Below are positions 1-11,082 of a stretch of DNA of 56,629 nt, one piece after another. The stretch is from Anaerolineae bacterium (GTDB lineage: Bacteria > Chloroflexota > Anaerolineae > Aggregatilineales > Phototrophicaceae). Numbering within the stretch: position 1 is the first letter of the stretch; each line of letters begins with the position of its first letter. Location: positions 1-56,629 of the forward strand of contig DAOTXB010000550.1 in NCBI GenBank assembly GCA_034435575.1, written 5' to 3'. A program made the translations under genes and the position numbers. The notes below the pieces were generated by a model, which had not been told where the DNA came from, did no database searches, and worked only from the letters and a program-made list of their open reading frames with translations.

Positions 1-706
1 GATAACTGCCATGGTCAACATCAAGTAATGCACCCTGTGCCCCTTCGACCAACACCTGCGAACCCTGCTCAAGATGTTCATTAACAAATAGCATGGTATC
101 CGTAATATACGGTTGCAAGCGGTGTGCCGCATCAACATAGGCTTGTGTCACCGAGTTTACATGAACAGGTTCGACTCCCTGTGCCGCGACCCTTTCATTC
201 GTAGTAACCACCACATCTTGGAGTACCTGTGCAAATTCTTCAATATCGAGCATTTGTTCCGCACGGATCCCTTTGCGACCAACTTTATCTAAATATGTAG
301 GACCGATGCCACGCAAGGTAGTCCCTAAAGCGTTATCACCTCGCGCTATTTCTTTAGCCGTATCCAACAAGATATGAGCAGGTGTGATAATGTGTGCGCG
401 TGAACTCAATTTCAAGCGATCCGGCGTGATCTCTACACCCATGTCCCTAAGCATGTCGATTTCTTCTAGTAACTTAATGGGATTCACCACCATGCCGTTA
501 CCGAGAACACATACTGTGCCATCACGCAATACACCTGAAGGAATAAGATGCAATTTATAAACAATATTACCCACATTCACTGTATGTCCGGCATTATCAC
601 CACCGGCAAAACGCGCAACCACATCCGATGTGGATGCCAACCAATCGACGGCACGCCCTTTACCTTCATCACCCCACTGTGCGCCGATTACTACATTAAC
701 AGGCAT
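1..706 (-). CDS. purA: adenylosuccinate synthase, N-terminal part (gene runs off the left edge)
   Basis: Reverse reading from ATG (706..704) gives MPVNVVIGAQWGDEGKG (PurA P-loop) and later LGNGMVVNP. No stop seen before position 1. Absent from the ORF track because it is truncated. Confidence 0.85.
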   Translation of the reverse strand, partial: MPVNVVIGAQWGDEGKGRAVDWLASTSDVVARFAGGDNAGHTVNVGNIVYKLHLIPSGVLRDGTVCVLGNGMVVNPIKLLEEIDMLRDMGVEITPDRLKLSSRAHIITPAHILLDTAKEIARGDNALGTTLRGIGPTYLDKVGRKGIRAEQMLDIEEFAQVLQDVVVTTNERVAAQGVEPVHVNSVTQAYVDAAHRLQPYITDTMLFVNEHLEQGSQVLVEGAQGALLDVDHGSY

Positions 707-799
707 AACCTCTCCGCATCTTTTATTTCAAAGTAAGTGATTCGTTAGATTGTAAATACCTGATTAATGTTAGCGACTGTTAGGGTTAATTGCCACAGG

Positions 800-1459
800 T
801 TATTTAGCATCATTTTCATTCGTATGACCAAAACCAATTGTAACGTGTTTTTCACCCCAAATTTCAATCAAATTTGAAGGTCCTAACACTAAAGCAGACC
901 CAGAACCAAGTCCAACAGCGACCTTCACAGTTTTCGTCTCTAGTGCGACCCGCGCATCCTCGGAATCTGTAATTGACAGAATATCAGGAATGATGACCGC
1001 GTCTTCCACCCAGTTAAGTCCATCAATCATTCGCCCCGAATACAGGGAAACAATTTTTCCAAACACCGAAGCACTACGTGATTCAGCAAGAATAACAACA
1101 CCACGCTCAAATGCATCTTTTAGTGCATCAATCGCCGCACCTTTAAGCGCATTGATAAGTGCATCAACTGGATAATCCCCGGGAATTATAACCACAGAGC
1201 ATTCAGTCAACCGTTTATGTATAGTCTCATCATCTTCAGTCATAATGTTGACAAGATAGCCGGTAGGCGCACCAAGTTCGGACATATCTTCTAGCGCATC
1301 TTCCGCATCATCAACATCAAGACCGATATATGCGACTCCACCCATTGCTTTTGCACGGGCAAGCGTTAGAGCACGAATTTCGCTATCAAATGTCGGTGAG
1401 GCAGAAAGCACCAGCCAACCACGTCCATCAATCCATTTCAATGCGTTATCAACAGACAT
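800..1459 (-). CDS. peptidase E / cyanophycinase (S51)-like, class-I glutamine-amidotransferase-fold protein; catalytic motifs look degenerate
   Basis: 219-aa ORF with the S51-like layout (..VVIIPGDYP.. where GGNT is expected, ..ILAESRSASVFG.. where GxSAG is expected). Lies 2 nt from the upstream M20 gene. Confidence 0.35.
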   Translation of the reverse strand: MSVDNALKWIDGRGWLVLSASPTFDSEIRALTLARAKAMGGVAYIGLDVDDAEDALEDMSELGAPTGYLVNIMTEDDETIHKRLTECSVVIIPGDYPVDALINALKGAAIDALKDAFERGVVILAESRSASVFGKIVSLYSGRMIDGLNWVEDAVIIPDILSITDSEDARVALETKTVKVAVGLGSGSALVLGPSNLIEIWGEKHVTIGFGHTNENDAK

Positions 1460-1461
1460 AC

Positions 1462-2640
1462 TTACTCCGGCATGACATACTCTGCAACAGCAGATGAAAG
1501 CAGGCGCACTGCTATTGGCAATACCGCTTCGTCAAAGTCAAAACGTGGGTGATGATGCCCGGAGTCTAAGCCTTCTTCAGCATTTGCCGAGCCAACAAAG
1601 AAGTACACTCCGGGAATATCATTCATAAAATACGCAACATCTTCTGAACCCATTGTGCGCTCATTATCTAAGAGATTCTCTTCTCCAACAATCTTTGCAA
1701 AACGGGGGCGTAAACGCGCCACCACATCAGGATCATTAATGGTCGGGATTGTGCCGTGCTTCATCTTGATCTGCGCCTGACATTGCATCCCAGTGCATAT
1801 AGCATCTGCGATCTCGCGAATTCGCGCCTCAACAAAATCACGCATTTCTGTCGAAAATGTACGAAAAGTTCCACTAAGTTCTACGCGTTCAGGGATAACA
1901 TTATCTGCAACACTCGCTTTGAGCATCGTGGTAGATAGTACCGCACTTTGCATAGGATCTACATTTCGGCTGACAATCGTCTGAAACGCAAGAATTAATT
2001 GTGCGGCAGTCGTCACCGGATCAATCGTATTATGTGGTATCGCGGCATGACCACCCTTTCCCTGTATTTCAATTGAAAATACTGAACTCCCTGCCATTAC
2101 AGGTCCACTAGCCATACCCACCTGTCCTACAGGCAAGGTATTCCACAAATGTAACCCAACGGTGACATCAGGACGAGTAAAATCCAGCACACCGTCATCA
2201 ATCATTGCTTTTGCGCCTTCGACAATTTCTTCGGCTGGCTGAAACACAAATTTAATGCGTCCAGCAACCCGTTCGCGATTTTCTGCAAAAATGCGTGCGA
2301 CCCCGAGTGCAATTGCCGTATGCCCATCGTGTCCACATGCATGCATCTTTCCGGCAACAGTGGAGACATAATCAGTCTTATTTTGCTCATCAATAGGCAA
2401 TGCATCCATATCCGCCCGCACAAGCACTGTAGGACCATCACTCGCCCCATCAAGAATACCAACCACGCCGGTCTTTCCGATACCCGTTTGGACTTCCAGA
2501 CCAAGTACATTTAGTTCATCAGCGACAATACCCGCTGTACGTATTTCTTCAAACGCAAGTTCTGGATGACGATGTAGATCACGTCTACGCTCAATAAGTG
2601 CTTCGCTCATGGCTTCGGCTTGCTCTTTAAAATCAAGCAT
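1462..2640 (-). CDS. M20-family amidohydrolase (N-acyl-amino-acid amidohydrolase / hippurate hydrolase-like)
   Basis: 392 aa. Has LHRHPELAFEE, MHACGHDGHTA and GHAAIPH, typical of the M20D metal-binding pattern. Confidence 0.85.
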   Translation of the reverse strand: MLDFKEQAEAMSEALIERRRDLHRHPELAFEEIRTAGIVADELNVLGLEVQTGIGKTGVVGILDGASDGPTVLVRADMDALPIDEQNKTDYVSTVAGKMHACGHDGHTAIALGVARIFAENRERVAGRIKFVFQPAEEIVEGAKAMIDDGVLDFTRPDVTVGLHLWNTLPVGQVGMASGPVMAGSSVFSIEIQGKGGHAAIPHNTIDPVTTAAQLILAFQTIVSRNVDPMQSAVLSTTMLKASVADNVIPERVELSGTFRTFSTEMRDFVEARIREIADAICTGMQCQAQIKMKHGTIPTINDPDVVARLRPRFAKIVGEENLLDNERTMGSEDVAYFMNDIPGVYFFVGSANAEEGLDSGHHHPRFDFDEAVLPIAVRLLSSAVAEYVMPE

Positions 2641-2650
2641 TAGCTATCAT

Positions 2651-3382
2651 TTACCTCATCTTTATCACAAAAAATGATTCAATATGACGTTGTTGATCGA
2701 TAGGCGATTCCGGATCAACCGTACGTTCACGGATACGTTTTGCCATCCCTTCCATGTCGGAAATCTGGCTCTTATGCTCATAAAGCGCCGTGATCTTTGT
2801 TTCTAGGTAATCGGTAACATCAACACGAGTCGTAACTTCTTTAGGACCCGCCAAATACACATATTTAGCTTTGTGTGGTTCTAAGCCTTCGTCACGCGAC
2901 AATTCAATAAAATTAAGATGGTCACGTGCAGTTGGATAAACTGCATCGATCACCGCAGTGCCTATCGCCCGATGATCGGGATGGTTGATATATTCTTGAC
3001 CATAAACACGGGAGGGGTCACACGTCACGACAACATCGGGTTTCTTCATGCGAATCATACGGGTAACATCACGCCGCAATTGTAGATTAGGCTCAAGTTC
3101 GCCATCAGGATAACGCAAAAATATAACATCTTTTACGCCAAGTGCCTTTGCCGCATTGCGCTCTTCTTCTTCACGGATTTCAGCTAGTCGCTCATGGCTC
3201 ATCTCAAGATCGCCACTGCCTTTGTCCCCACTTGTCGCAAGCACAAAGGTGACTTCTGCGCCTTCTGCCGCCCATCGTGCAAGGGTCGCGCCGCAAAAAA
3301 ATTCAGGATCATCTGGGTGTGCAAATACTGCTAGAACACGCTGAATCTTCGTTTCTGGTTCTACGTTCTGCTCTGTCATCAA
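2651..3382 (-). CDS. PIG-L / LmbE-family N-acetylglucosaminyl deacetylase
   Basis: 243 aa. Has the AHPDDPEF zinc-binding motif near the N-terminus and a later HPDH motif. Confidence 0.8.
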   Translation of the reverse strand: MMTEQNVEPETKIQRVLAVFAHPDDPEFFCGATLARWAAEGAEVTFVLATSGDKGSGDLEMSHERLAEIREEEERNAAKALGVKDVIFLRYPDGELEPNLQLRRDVTRMIRMKKPDVVVTCDPSRVYGQEYINHPDHRAIGTAVIDAVYPTARDHLNFIELSRDEGLEPHKAKYVYLAGPKEVTTRVDVTDYLETKITALYEHKSQISDMEGMAKRIRERTVDPESPIDQQRHIESFFVIKMR

Positions 3383-3402
3383 CTATTGCCCTACTCAGTT
3401 CT

Positions 3403-4359
3403 TTATTTCTTTTTACTATTTTTGTCTTGATTACGATTACCCGGTTTTTGACCACAGGAACACGCCTCATCTTCACCGTGCTTATCACAAGGTTGTTGAG
3501 ATTTCTTCTGGAGTGCTTCCAATTCTTCCAGAGGAATCAATTCTTCACGCTGAATAAGTTTGCGTCCCTCTTCTTCAACAAATACGGTCACTGCATCCTG
3601 AAGCGGATGTACATCAATCACCTTGCCTTTACCAAATGGTGTACCAACGCGTTTATTTCGGCGCGGTAATTTCTTTCGTGCTTCAACATATTGCTCATAT
3701 TCATACACAAGACAGCAGCGCAAACGACCACACATGCCGGTAATTTCAGAGGGATTCAATGAAATACCCTGTGCTTTTGCCATTTTGATTGAAATCGGGC
3801 TGAAGTCCGTGAGGAATGTGCTACAACAACGAAGTTCGCCACAAGCACCATATCCACCCAAAATCTTAGCAACATCACGGGGTCCGATTTGCCTAGTATC
3901 AACCTTTGATGAAAAGACTCTACTTAGCTCGTTTTGTAATCGAGAAGTGTTTACTTTTTGCTCGGCACTAAATAAGAATGTCAACATGCTACCATCATAA
4001 TTATACTGTGCGGCAACAAATTTCACGTCCTTGAAACCACTCATCTGACCCGCTTTTTCACGGCAGATTTCAAGTGCCTCCGGTTGTTTAGCCTCCCACT
4101 CCTGTCGCAACACGAGATCGCGGGCTGTAGCCGGGCGCAAAATAGACTTATAGTCACGCTTTTCTGCATCAGGTGTTGTAAACCCCATTACCTGCCCCAT
4201 TTGCCGTCCACGAGCAGTCTCCACAATAACAAACTCACCTGCTTTAAGATCAGGAAAATCTCCATATTCAAAGTGATACAATTTACCCACTTTTGTAAAT
4301 CTAACACCAGCAACGGTTTGTTGGTGTTCTAAATCAATCGTCGTCATGAGAATCCTCAA
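3403..4359 (-). CDS. ricT: PSP1-domain protein (RicT/YaaT-like)
   Basis: 318 aa with a Cys-rich PSP1 core (GACGELRCCSTFL, GMCGRLRCCLVYEYEQY). Confidence 0.8.
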   Translation of the reverse strand: MRILMTTIDLEHQQTVAGVRFTKVGKLYHFEYGDFPDLKAGEFVIVETARGRQMGQVMGFTTPDAEKRDYKSILRPATARDLVLRQEWEAKQPEALEICREKAGQMSGFKDVKFVAAQYNYDGSMLTFLFSAEQKVNTSRLQNELSRVFSSKVDTRQIGPRDVAKILGGYGACGELRCCSTFLTDFSPISIKMAKAQGISLNPSEITGMCGRLRCCLVYEYEQYVEARKKLPRRNKRVGTPFGKGKVIDVHPLQDAVTVFVEEEGRKLIQREELIPLEELEALQKKSQQPCDKHGEDEACSCGQKPGNRNQDKNSKKK

Positions 4360-4530
4360 TACACAATAAAACTCATAGAGATTATTATAATAGAGGTCGA
4401 AACGAAATATTGCAAAACATTGACAAACACAGTCTGTACTGTTGGTCTATTTGCCCTACAATAGAGAAATTACACACGTTTTGTGGTAAATCAACGCAAA
4501 TGGTGGTGTTACAGAAAGCAGGGGAGTACC

Positions 4531-5937
4531 GTGCGTACATTAGTCATGAAGTTCGGCGGTACAACCGTCGGTAATACCACAGCCCTTACTCAAGTAGTGA
4601 GTATCGTCTTACAAGAGAACGAACGATGGGATCGTCTCATCATTGTTGTCTCTGCGCTAGAAGGTGTAACGGACGCACTTATTGAAGCGGCACGGCTTGC
4701 ACAATTGAGTAATCGGCGCGGTTACCGAAGAATTGCGGCGACTATCCGCATTCGTCATCTTGCCCTTGTAGAAAAATTACCACTCGGTACAAGTGAGCGT
4801 AATGCGTTACAAGCAGATATTGACCAGATGCTCTTCGATATGCTCGAAGTTTGCCAAACGATGGCTGATGCAACTTCTGAGGATTTAATCCCGACCAAAA
4901 CAGATACAATTATTGGGGTTGGCGAAAGACTATCTGCCCGAATTGTCGCCGCGTTACTGCGTCAGAATAATCTGCGTGGCGTAGCCGTTGATGCAATTGA
5001 GCTAATCATCACTGATACCACTTATGGTCATGCCAAACCCGACATGCAACTGACCCAAGCACGCATTAATGAGCATCTTGAACCAATGCTAGGCAGAATC
5101 ATACCGGTTGTTACGGGATTTATCGCTGGCACACCAAACGGTACACCAACTACACTTGGTAGAGGCGGTAGTGATTACACAGCTTCAATTTTGGGTGTGT
5201 GCGTAAATGCTACAGAAACGTGGATGTGGACAACTGTTGATGGTTTGATGTCTACCGACCCTCAATTGATCGAAAATGCCCGCGTTATCCCAGAATTATC
5301 ATACGATGAAGTCGCCGAACTAGCCTATTTTGGTGCGAAAATCTTACATTCACGCATGATCGGTCCGCTAAAGAAAAAGCAAATTCCCTTACGTGTGAAA
5401 AATGTCTTTAAGCCTCAATTACCGGGGACTTTGATCCATTTGGGAACGACAATACCGCAAGGGGAACTACGCGCAGTAACGGCTATTCAAGGTATTAGCC
5501 TGTCTGCATCATATAGCGGTACATTAGCTGAAATTTCATCATTGGTGAACGCAATCCTTCACAAAACCATTGGTAGCGATGCAGATGTCATGATTTCCGC
5601 ACAGTCATCCTCGCGCACATTTTTAACCTTTGTAATTCCAACCGCAAGCGGACCTGACGCGGTGCATAATTCACTCATTGCTTTAAATAGTAGCCTAGCA
5701 GAAGACCCGAACCATACCGGCTGGCAAGTGGATCAGGTTAGTGTAATTACTGTAATCGGAACAGATATTGACACCGCTCCGGGTACCTTAGCTAGGATTT
5801 TCGCCGCCGCGAACGATGTGCGCCTATTCGCCTTATCCCAAGGACCTTCACGTTGTAGTATTTCGCTCGTTGTTCAGCCAGAAGATACCGATTATCTGCT
5901 GAAGCAAGTTCACGATGTTATCATTAATAGCGGGTGA
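4531..5937 (+). CDS. lysC: aspartate kinase (monofunctional, C-terminal ACT-type regulatory region)
   Basis: Has MKFGGTTVG and LGRGGSDYTAS motifs. The GTG at 4531 follows GGGGAG by 4 nt. The track start at 4483 and the ATG at 4546 are alternatives. Confidence 0.88.
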   Translation: MRTLVMKFGGTTVGNTTALTQVVSIVLQENERWDRLIIVVSALEGVTDALIEAARLAQLSNRRGYRRIAATIRIRHLALVEKLPLGTSERNALQADIDQMLFDMLEVCQTMADATSEDLIPTKTDTIIGVGERLSARIVAALLRQNNLRGVAVDAIELIITDTTYGHAKPDMQLTQARINEHLEPMLGRIIPVVTGFIAGTPNGTPTTLGRGGSDYTASILGVCVNATETWMWTTVDGLMSTDPQLIENARVIPELSYDEVAELAYFGAKILHSRMIGPLKKKQIPLRVKNVFKPQLPGTLIHLGTTIPQGELRAVTAIQGISLSASYSGTLAEISSLVNAILHKTIGSDADVMISAQSSSRTFLTFVIPTASGPDAVHNSLIALNSSLAEDPNHTGWQVDQVSVITVIGTDIDTAPGTLARIFAAANDVRLFALSQGPSRCSISLVVQPEDTDYLLKQVHDVIINSG

Positions 5938-7258
5938 GATAGTGGTCAAGTTCCCACTGTGTAACCATGCGATTATAATCATCAAATTCCTGTGTTTTCG
6001 CTTCCAAGAAGCGATCACTGATATACGCACCCAATGCCGAAAGTACCACATCATCCTGCCTCAGTGCCTCTAAAGCCTCACCTAATGAATCTGGCAAAGA
6101 TTCAATCTGACGTAAACGTTGTCTGCGTTGCATCAATAGACTTTCTTCTAATGGTGTTGGTAATTCCATCTTTTGCTGAATCCCATCTAATCCAGCATGT
6201 AACATGACTGCAAATGCGAGGTAAGGATTACAACTGGGGTCTGGACATCTTAATTCAAGGCGTGTATGTGACTCTCCACCGGGAGAAATACTTGGGACAC
6301 GAATAAGCGCGGCACGATTAACGTGCGCCCAAGAAACATACACTGGTGCTTCAAAACTAGTCCCTAGCCGTTTATAGGAATTAACTAGTGGTGCAAATAT
6401 CGCTGTCATCGCCCGCGCATGGTTTAATTGACCGGCAAGAAAATACTGCGCTAATTGTGATAATCCATATTCATGGTTGGTATCTACAAAAACATTCTCA
6501 TCATTTGTGCCATCATGCAAACTTTGATGCGTATGCATTCCTGAACCAGGCATATGCGATGCTGGACGTGGCATAAAAGTACAGTGCAAATCATGCTTCT
6601 GGGCAATAGTTTTTAGTGCAACGCGTGCAGTCATCAGCTTATCTGCCGCTACTAATGCATCATCATAGGCAAAATCAATCTCATGTTGTCCATAACCAAT
6701 TTCTGAATGTGAAGACTCCGCGCAAATCCCCACAGCGTCCAAATGTAGGAGCATCTTTCGACGAAGGCTTAACGCCGTATCTTCAGACATATCAAAGTAG
6801 CCGGAATAATCTTGTAATGGAGATACAAGCGGTTGACGATCATTATCTGTCGGAAAGAGAAAGAATTCCATCTCAACGCCTGTTTTGAAGGAATATCCGT
6901 TTTTCTCCGCTTTTACGGTAGCATTTTTCAAGGCAAATCGCGGATCGCCAATGAAGGGTTCATCCTGCGGTGTATGAACATCACAAATGAACCGAGCTGT
7001 CAGCTCATCGCCCTTAGTCCAGGGCAAAATCATAAATGTGTCTAAATCAGGACGTAACAGCATATCGCTTTCAGCAACACGGGCATTTCCATCAAGCGAC
7101 GAGCCATCAATATGGTTACCGTTTTCTAACAAATGTTCAGTACGGCTAGCCGGCAGAGTAACACTTTTTATGCCCCCAAGAATATCGGTAAACCAGAGGT
7201 CAATAAAACGGATACTCTGTTCGTTGATCGTTTTAAGAATAGCCTTCTTGTCAGACAT
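5924..7258 (-). CDS. glnA: glutamine synthetase type I
   Basis: 444 aa. Has IRFIDLWFTDILG at the N-terminus and FMPRPASHMPGSGMHTHQSL. Its 3' end overlaps lysC convergently by 14 nt. Confidence 0.95.
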   Translation of the reverse strand: MSDKKAILKTINEQSIRFIDLWFTDILGGIKSVTLPASRTEHLLENGNHIDGSSLDGNARVAESDMLLRPDLDTFMILPWTKGDELTARFICDVHTPQDEPFIGDPRFALKNATVKAEKNGYSFKTGVEMEFFLFPTDNDRQPLVSPLQDYSGYFDMSEDTALSLRRKMLLHLDAVGICAESSHSEIGYGQHEIDFAYDDALVAADKLMTARVALKTIAQKHDLHCTFMPRPASHMPGSGMHTHQSLHDGTNDENVFVDTNHEYGLSQLAQYFLAGQLNHARAMTAIFAPLVNSYKRLGTSFEAPVYVSWAHVNRAALIRVPSISPGGESHTRLELRCPDPSCNPYLAFAVMLHAGLDGIQQKMELPTPLEESLLMQRRQRLRQIESLPDSLGEALEALRQDDVVLSALGAYISDRFLEAKTQEFDDYNRMVTQWELDHYLTRY

Positions 7259-7410
7259 AAGTACCTCGACATTTTAATTAATACATTCAAGGCACGAAAC
7301 TGCCTCGCCCGTAAGAGTGACACACAGTATACAATTGCTTCATCAGTTAAACTACAGAAGAGATCAACAACACATATAGCAAACAATTTGTGAAGCACCC
7401 ACAATGAAAG

Positions 7411-7869
7411 TCAATAATCGGGTTCAGGAAAAACACCGAGATAACCGAGCAACGCATCCATGCCGAGTACATAACTACGCCAACCAAACCCCACTACTTG
7501 ACCGATGCACACCGGTGCCAATAATGAGCGATGTCGAAATTCTTCGCGTGCATGGGTGTTCGATAAATGCACCTCAACAACAGGCAAATTTATCGCGCTG
7601 ATTGCATCGCGCAGAGCAACGGAGGTATGTGTATATGCCCCTGGATTGAACACAGCACCATCAGCCCAATTGCGCGAAACATGTAACATATCGATCAGTT
7701 CACCTTCATGATTCGATTGCTGAATCCGCATTTGTACGTTGTGGCGTTTCACATGATTCTTGACCACTACATTCAGATCATCCAGGGTCATCGTGCCGTA
7801 CACTTGAGGTTCACGCGTGCCGAGTAAATTAAGATTCGGACCATGTAATAATAAAATATTCTTAGCCAT
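7411..7869 (-). CDS. aroQ: type II 3-dehydroquinate dehydratase
   Basis: Has [20 protein letters not shown] and [12 protein letters not shown]. The ATG at 7869 is preferred over the TTG at 7881 used in the track. Confidence 0.92.
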   Translation of the reverse strand: MAKNILLLHGPNLNLLGTREPQVYGTMTLDDLNVVVKNHVKRHNVQMRIQQSNHEGELIDMLHVSRNWADGAVFNPGAYTHTSVALRDAISAINLPVVEVHLSNTHAREEFRHRSLLAPVCIGQVVGFGWRSYVLGMDALLGYLGVFPEPDY

Positions 7870-7892
7870 AATTTTTCCCAAAACATCTTCGG

Positions 7893-8357
7893 TTAGGGTT
7901 GTGTGGTGAGTTCAACTTTACAGTCGGGGCATGTTTGTACAGAACTCGCATAACTAAGCTCACAATTTGAGCAGACTTTACGATCTTGCCCAATAGCCAC
8001 ATTGACCATATTTTCCGCAACATCACGGTCAAATCCCTCTAACGTAAGGTCGCTTACGATGTATTCAATTGGAAAACCACGATCAAGCTTGGTCTTTATT
8101 GTGTTGAGCACACGCGCCACGTCAGATTGTGGTTTAGAGGGTTTAAACGCCAGCACATCTAATGAATAAGTGCGTCCGCATGTCTGACACTCAATAAATT
8201 CCTTTTCATCACCAATGGGTAAAATTGGGATAAAATACAATGCAAAGTAATTCTTTGCTTGCTTATGTTCAAACTTCCGAGGTTTTCTACACTGCGGACA
8301 GTTGAAATCACCCGTTTTGAGTGTTTTATATTTCGCCCGTGTACCAAAAATTATCAT
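7893..8357 (-). CDS. zinc-ribbon protein of unknown function (two CxxC pairs at each end)
   Basis: 154 aa with CPQC..CQTC and CSNC..CPDC. Shares an ATGA stop/start overlap with aroB. Confidence 0.6.
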   Translation of the reverse strand: MIIFGTRAKYKTLKTGDFNCPQCRKPRKFEHKQAKNYFALYFIPILPIGDEKEFIECQTCGRTYSLDVLAFKPSKPQSDVARVLNTIKTKLDRGFPIEYIVSDLTLEGFDRDVAENMVNVAIGQDRKVCSNCELSYASSVQTCPDCKVELTTQP

Positions 8358-9400
8358 TTCATATCATCCAATATCGCAATTACGTCATCTTTACTCACAC
8401 CTTCCATGATAAGGGGGTCTCCAATGTCGCGCAATAAAACGAAGCGAGAGCGTCCTTTGTACCATTTTTTATCCGTCAACATCGCGGCATAAATTGCCTC
8501 TGAGTCGATGCCACCTGTTGTAATCGGCAAACCAACATCGACTAATGCATCACGAGCACGGTCAATTAGTGATTCTTCACATAAGCCTAAGCGATGTGAT
8601 AATTTGACAGCTGCCATTAACCCCATAGAAACACCCTGTCCATGTGGCACAGCGAACTGAGTCACCAATTCAATCGCATGCCCAAACGTATGCCCTAAAT
8701 TGAGATAAGCACGAATACCATTTTCATACGGGTCTTGCACGATAACATCAACTTTGACCTGAACGGCACGGCTCACTAACTCTACCGCCTTTGCTCGCGT
8801 ATGTAATGCGGTGTTGAACAATCCTTCATCAGCCAAAAACGCATGCTTAATAACCTCTGCCATACCATTTTTCCACTCATTTTCTGGCAATGTTTCCAGA
8901 ACGCTAGTATCTATAAGCACCAAATCAGGTTGGTTAAATGCCCCAATCAAATTTTTCCCCTCAGGGATATCCACACCAACTTTACCACCGACACTTGAAT
9001 CCACCATTGATAGCAGAGTGGTTGGCATCTGAACAAGCGTCACACCGCGCATATAAGACGCGGCGGCGAACCCTGCGGTATCTCCTACCACCCCACCACC
9101 CAATGCAATGACGAGGCTTTTTCTGTCTAAGCCATTTCGGGCAAATTGACGACAAATATCGGTGACAGTCTCCATCGTCTTGTAATCTTCGCCATCAGGT
9201 ATGGTAATGAGTGTTGCATCAGGCAACGCATTCACTAAACGTTCACCATGAAGAGGCGCTATAACTTCGTTGGTTACAACCGCCACACGCCCACCAAGCT
9301 CATACTTTCTATAGTGATGTTCAATCTCTGTGATTAAATGAGATTCAATGACGATGCCATAATTTGTATCCGGGGAATTGATATTTATTACGTGCGCCAT
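8354..9400 (-). CDS. aroB: 3-dehydroquinate synthase
   Basis: 348 aa. Has ALGGGVVGDTAGFAAASY and LNLGHTFGHAIE. Confidence 0.93.
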   Translation of the reverse strand: MAHVININSPDTNYGIVIESHLITEIEHHYRKYELGGRVAVVTNEVIAPLHGERLVNALPDATLITIPDGEDYKTMETVTDICRQFARNGLDRKSLVIALGGGVVGDTAGFAAASYMRGVTLVQMPTTLLSMVDSSVGGKVGVDIPEGKNLIGAFNQPDLVLIDTSVLETLPENEWKNGMAEVIKHAFLADEGLFNTALHTRAKAVELVSRAVQVKVDVIVQDPYENGIRAYLNLGHTFGHAIELVTQFAVPHGQGVSMGLMAAVKLSHRLGLCEESLIDRARDALVDVGLPITTGGIDSEAIYAAMLTDKKWYKGRSRFVLLRDIGDPLIMEGVSKDDVIAILDDMK

Positions 9401-9894
9401 AATGCAACAACCTTTTCTGCAACTTCTCTCGGAGATAAATTGGACGTATCAATGTGATACGGCAGTGAAGCATAAACTTCACGCCGACTTTCAAGTAATT
9501 CTCGCCAGTTCTTGACCAAAGGGCGTTCGTTAATATCGCTAAGTCGAGCTTCTAGCACTTTTTCTGAGGCATGTAAGCAAATTACCATACCAGATTTCAG
9601 CATCAAGTTACGATTATTCTCGTTCATCAAAAGACCGCCACCGGTAGAAATCACCTGCTCTGACTTTGCCGCCAATGATTGGCAAACAATTTGCTCATAA
9701 CGACGAAACCCCTCTTCGCCTTCCTTCGTAAATATTTCCTGTACGCTTAAGCCTACACGATGGATAATCTCATCATCAGTATCTGCATAATGCCAGCCAA
9801 TAAAGTCAGCGACAATTTGACCAACAGTCGTTTTGCCAACCCCCATAAATCCAGCGAGAATAATGTTTCGGGGCTTAAGTGATGCATTACTCAT
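9388..9894 (-). CDS. aroK: shikimate kinase
   Basis: 168 aa with Walker A GFMGVGKTTVG. Overlaps both aroB and aroC. Confidence 0.9.
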   Translation of the reverse strand: MSNASLKPRNIILAGFMGVGKTTVGQIVADFIGWHYADTDDEIIHRVGLSVQEIFTKEGEEGFRRYEQIVCQSLAAKSEQVISTGGGLLMNENNRNLMLKSGMVICLHASEKVLEARLSDINERPLVKNWRELLESRREVYASLPYHIDTSNLSPREVAEKVVALWRT

Positions 9895-11062
9895 AACCGA
9901 ATCGCCATGTCACATTATCCATCGGTAAATCCTGTAAACGACTCTGGCGCAAATTTTCAAAGCGTGGCTTCATTTCCTCGATGCTATCACCACCAAGTTT
10001 TTCTAACAAAGCACCTGCTAGCACCATCGCCAACATCGCCTCCCCCACCGGCACCGCACGCGGAGTTGCACAAAAGTCACTACGTTCATATGTGGTCGCT
10101 TCTGCATCACCCGTTGCCAAGTTCACAGAATCTGCCCCTCGTAACATCGTAGAAATCGGCTTCATCGCCACGCGCACTAATATAGGATCACCAGTTGTAA
10201 TACCGCCCTCCAGCCCACCAGCACGGTTGGTTCGGCGTGTCAGAAATCCATCATCATCTACATCAATCATGTCATGCACCTGGCTACCACGCTTCGTTGC
10301 ATTCTCAAATGCATGACCAATTTCTGCACCTTTCATCGCCTGAATGCTGGTCATCGCTCCGACGATTTTTGCATCTAAGCGACGATCCCAATGTACGTGA
10401 GTACCTAAGCCAGGTGGTACGTTTAACGCAAAAATTTCAAAGATACCCCCTAATGTATCCTTATCAATCTTTGCTTGACGAATTTCTTCATGCATCTGTT
10501 CTGCAATTTCTGTTACTGGACACCGTACATCACTCATTTCGCCGGCTTCATATAAAGCCAAGAAATCTGCTTGATCGTCAACTTCTATCTTAGCGGAACC
10601 GATTTGTACCACGTAGCCGCCAATTTCCATACCGAATTCGGCAAGAAATCTTTTACAAATAGCGCCTACCGCGACACGCATAGTTGTCTCGCGTGCGCTC
10701 GCACGCTCTAACGATAATCGTAGCTCACGATAACCATATTTTACCGCTCCAGTGAGGTCAGCATGTCCGGGTCGCGGTGTCGTAATTGGAACGATGTCCT
10801 TCTCTTTCCAATTTTTGAAATCTCGATTTTCAACCAAAAGTGAAATGGGTCCCCCAGTGGTCAATCCATTCATCAGCCCACTTGTAATACGAATTTTATC
10901 TTTTTCAATCTGCATACGTCCACCAGAACCATACCCCTTCTGCCGACGACGCAGTTCTTTTGTAATATCTTCATCAGTGAGTGCTAAGCCAGCAGGAAAT
11001 CCTTCAAGGATTGCCGTTAACATAGGTCCGTGGCTTTCGCCCGCAGTTAAAAATCGTAGCAT
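9887..11062 (-). CDS. aroC: chorismate synthase
   Basis: 391 aa. Has MLRFLTAGESHGP and RPGHADL. Confidence 0.95.
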   Translation of the reverse strand: MLRFLTAGESHGPMLTAILEGFPAGLALTDEDITKELRRRQKGYGSGGRMQIEKDKIRITSGLMNGLTTGGPISLLVENRDFKNWKEKDIVPITTPRPGHADLTGAVKYGYRELRLSLERASARETTMRVAVGAICKRFLAEFGMEIGGYVVQIGSAKIEVDDQADFLALYEAGEMSDVRCPVTEIAEQMHEEIRQAKIDKDTLGGIFEIFALNVPPGLGTHVHWDRRLDAKIVGAMTSIQAMKGAEIGHAFENATKRGSQVHDMIDVDDDGFLTRRTNRAGGLEGGITTGDPILVRVAMKPISTMLRGADSVNLATGDAEATTYERSDFCATPRAVPVGEAMLAMVLAGALLEKLGGDSIEEMKPRFENLRQSRLQDLPMDNVTWRFGYE

Positions 11063-11082
11063 ACAGTAAATTTTCTCCAGTC

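Noticed and set aside
7310-7326. GlnR/TnrA-like site upstream of glnA (minus strand TGTGTGTCACTCTTACG). A glutamine riboswitch was also considered.
   Set aside because: There are two mismatches to TGTNAN7TNACA at conserved positions. No glnA-RNA-motif features (for example CGUUCACC..GGAAGUAGG) are visible. This is too weak to call.
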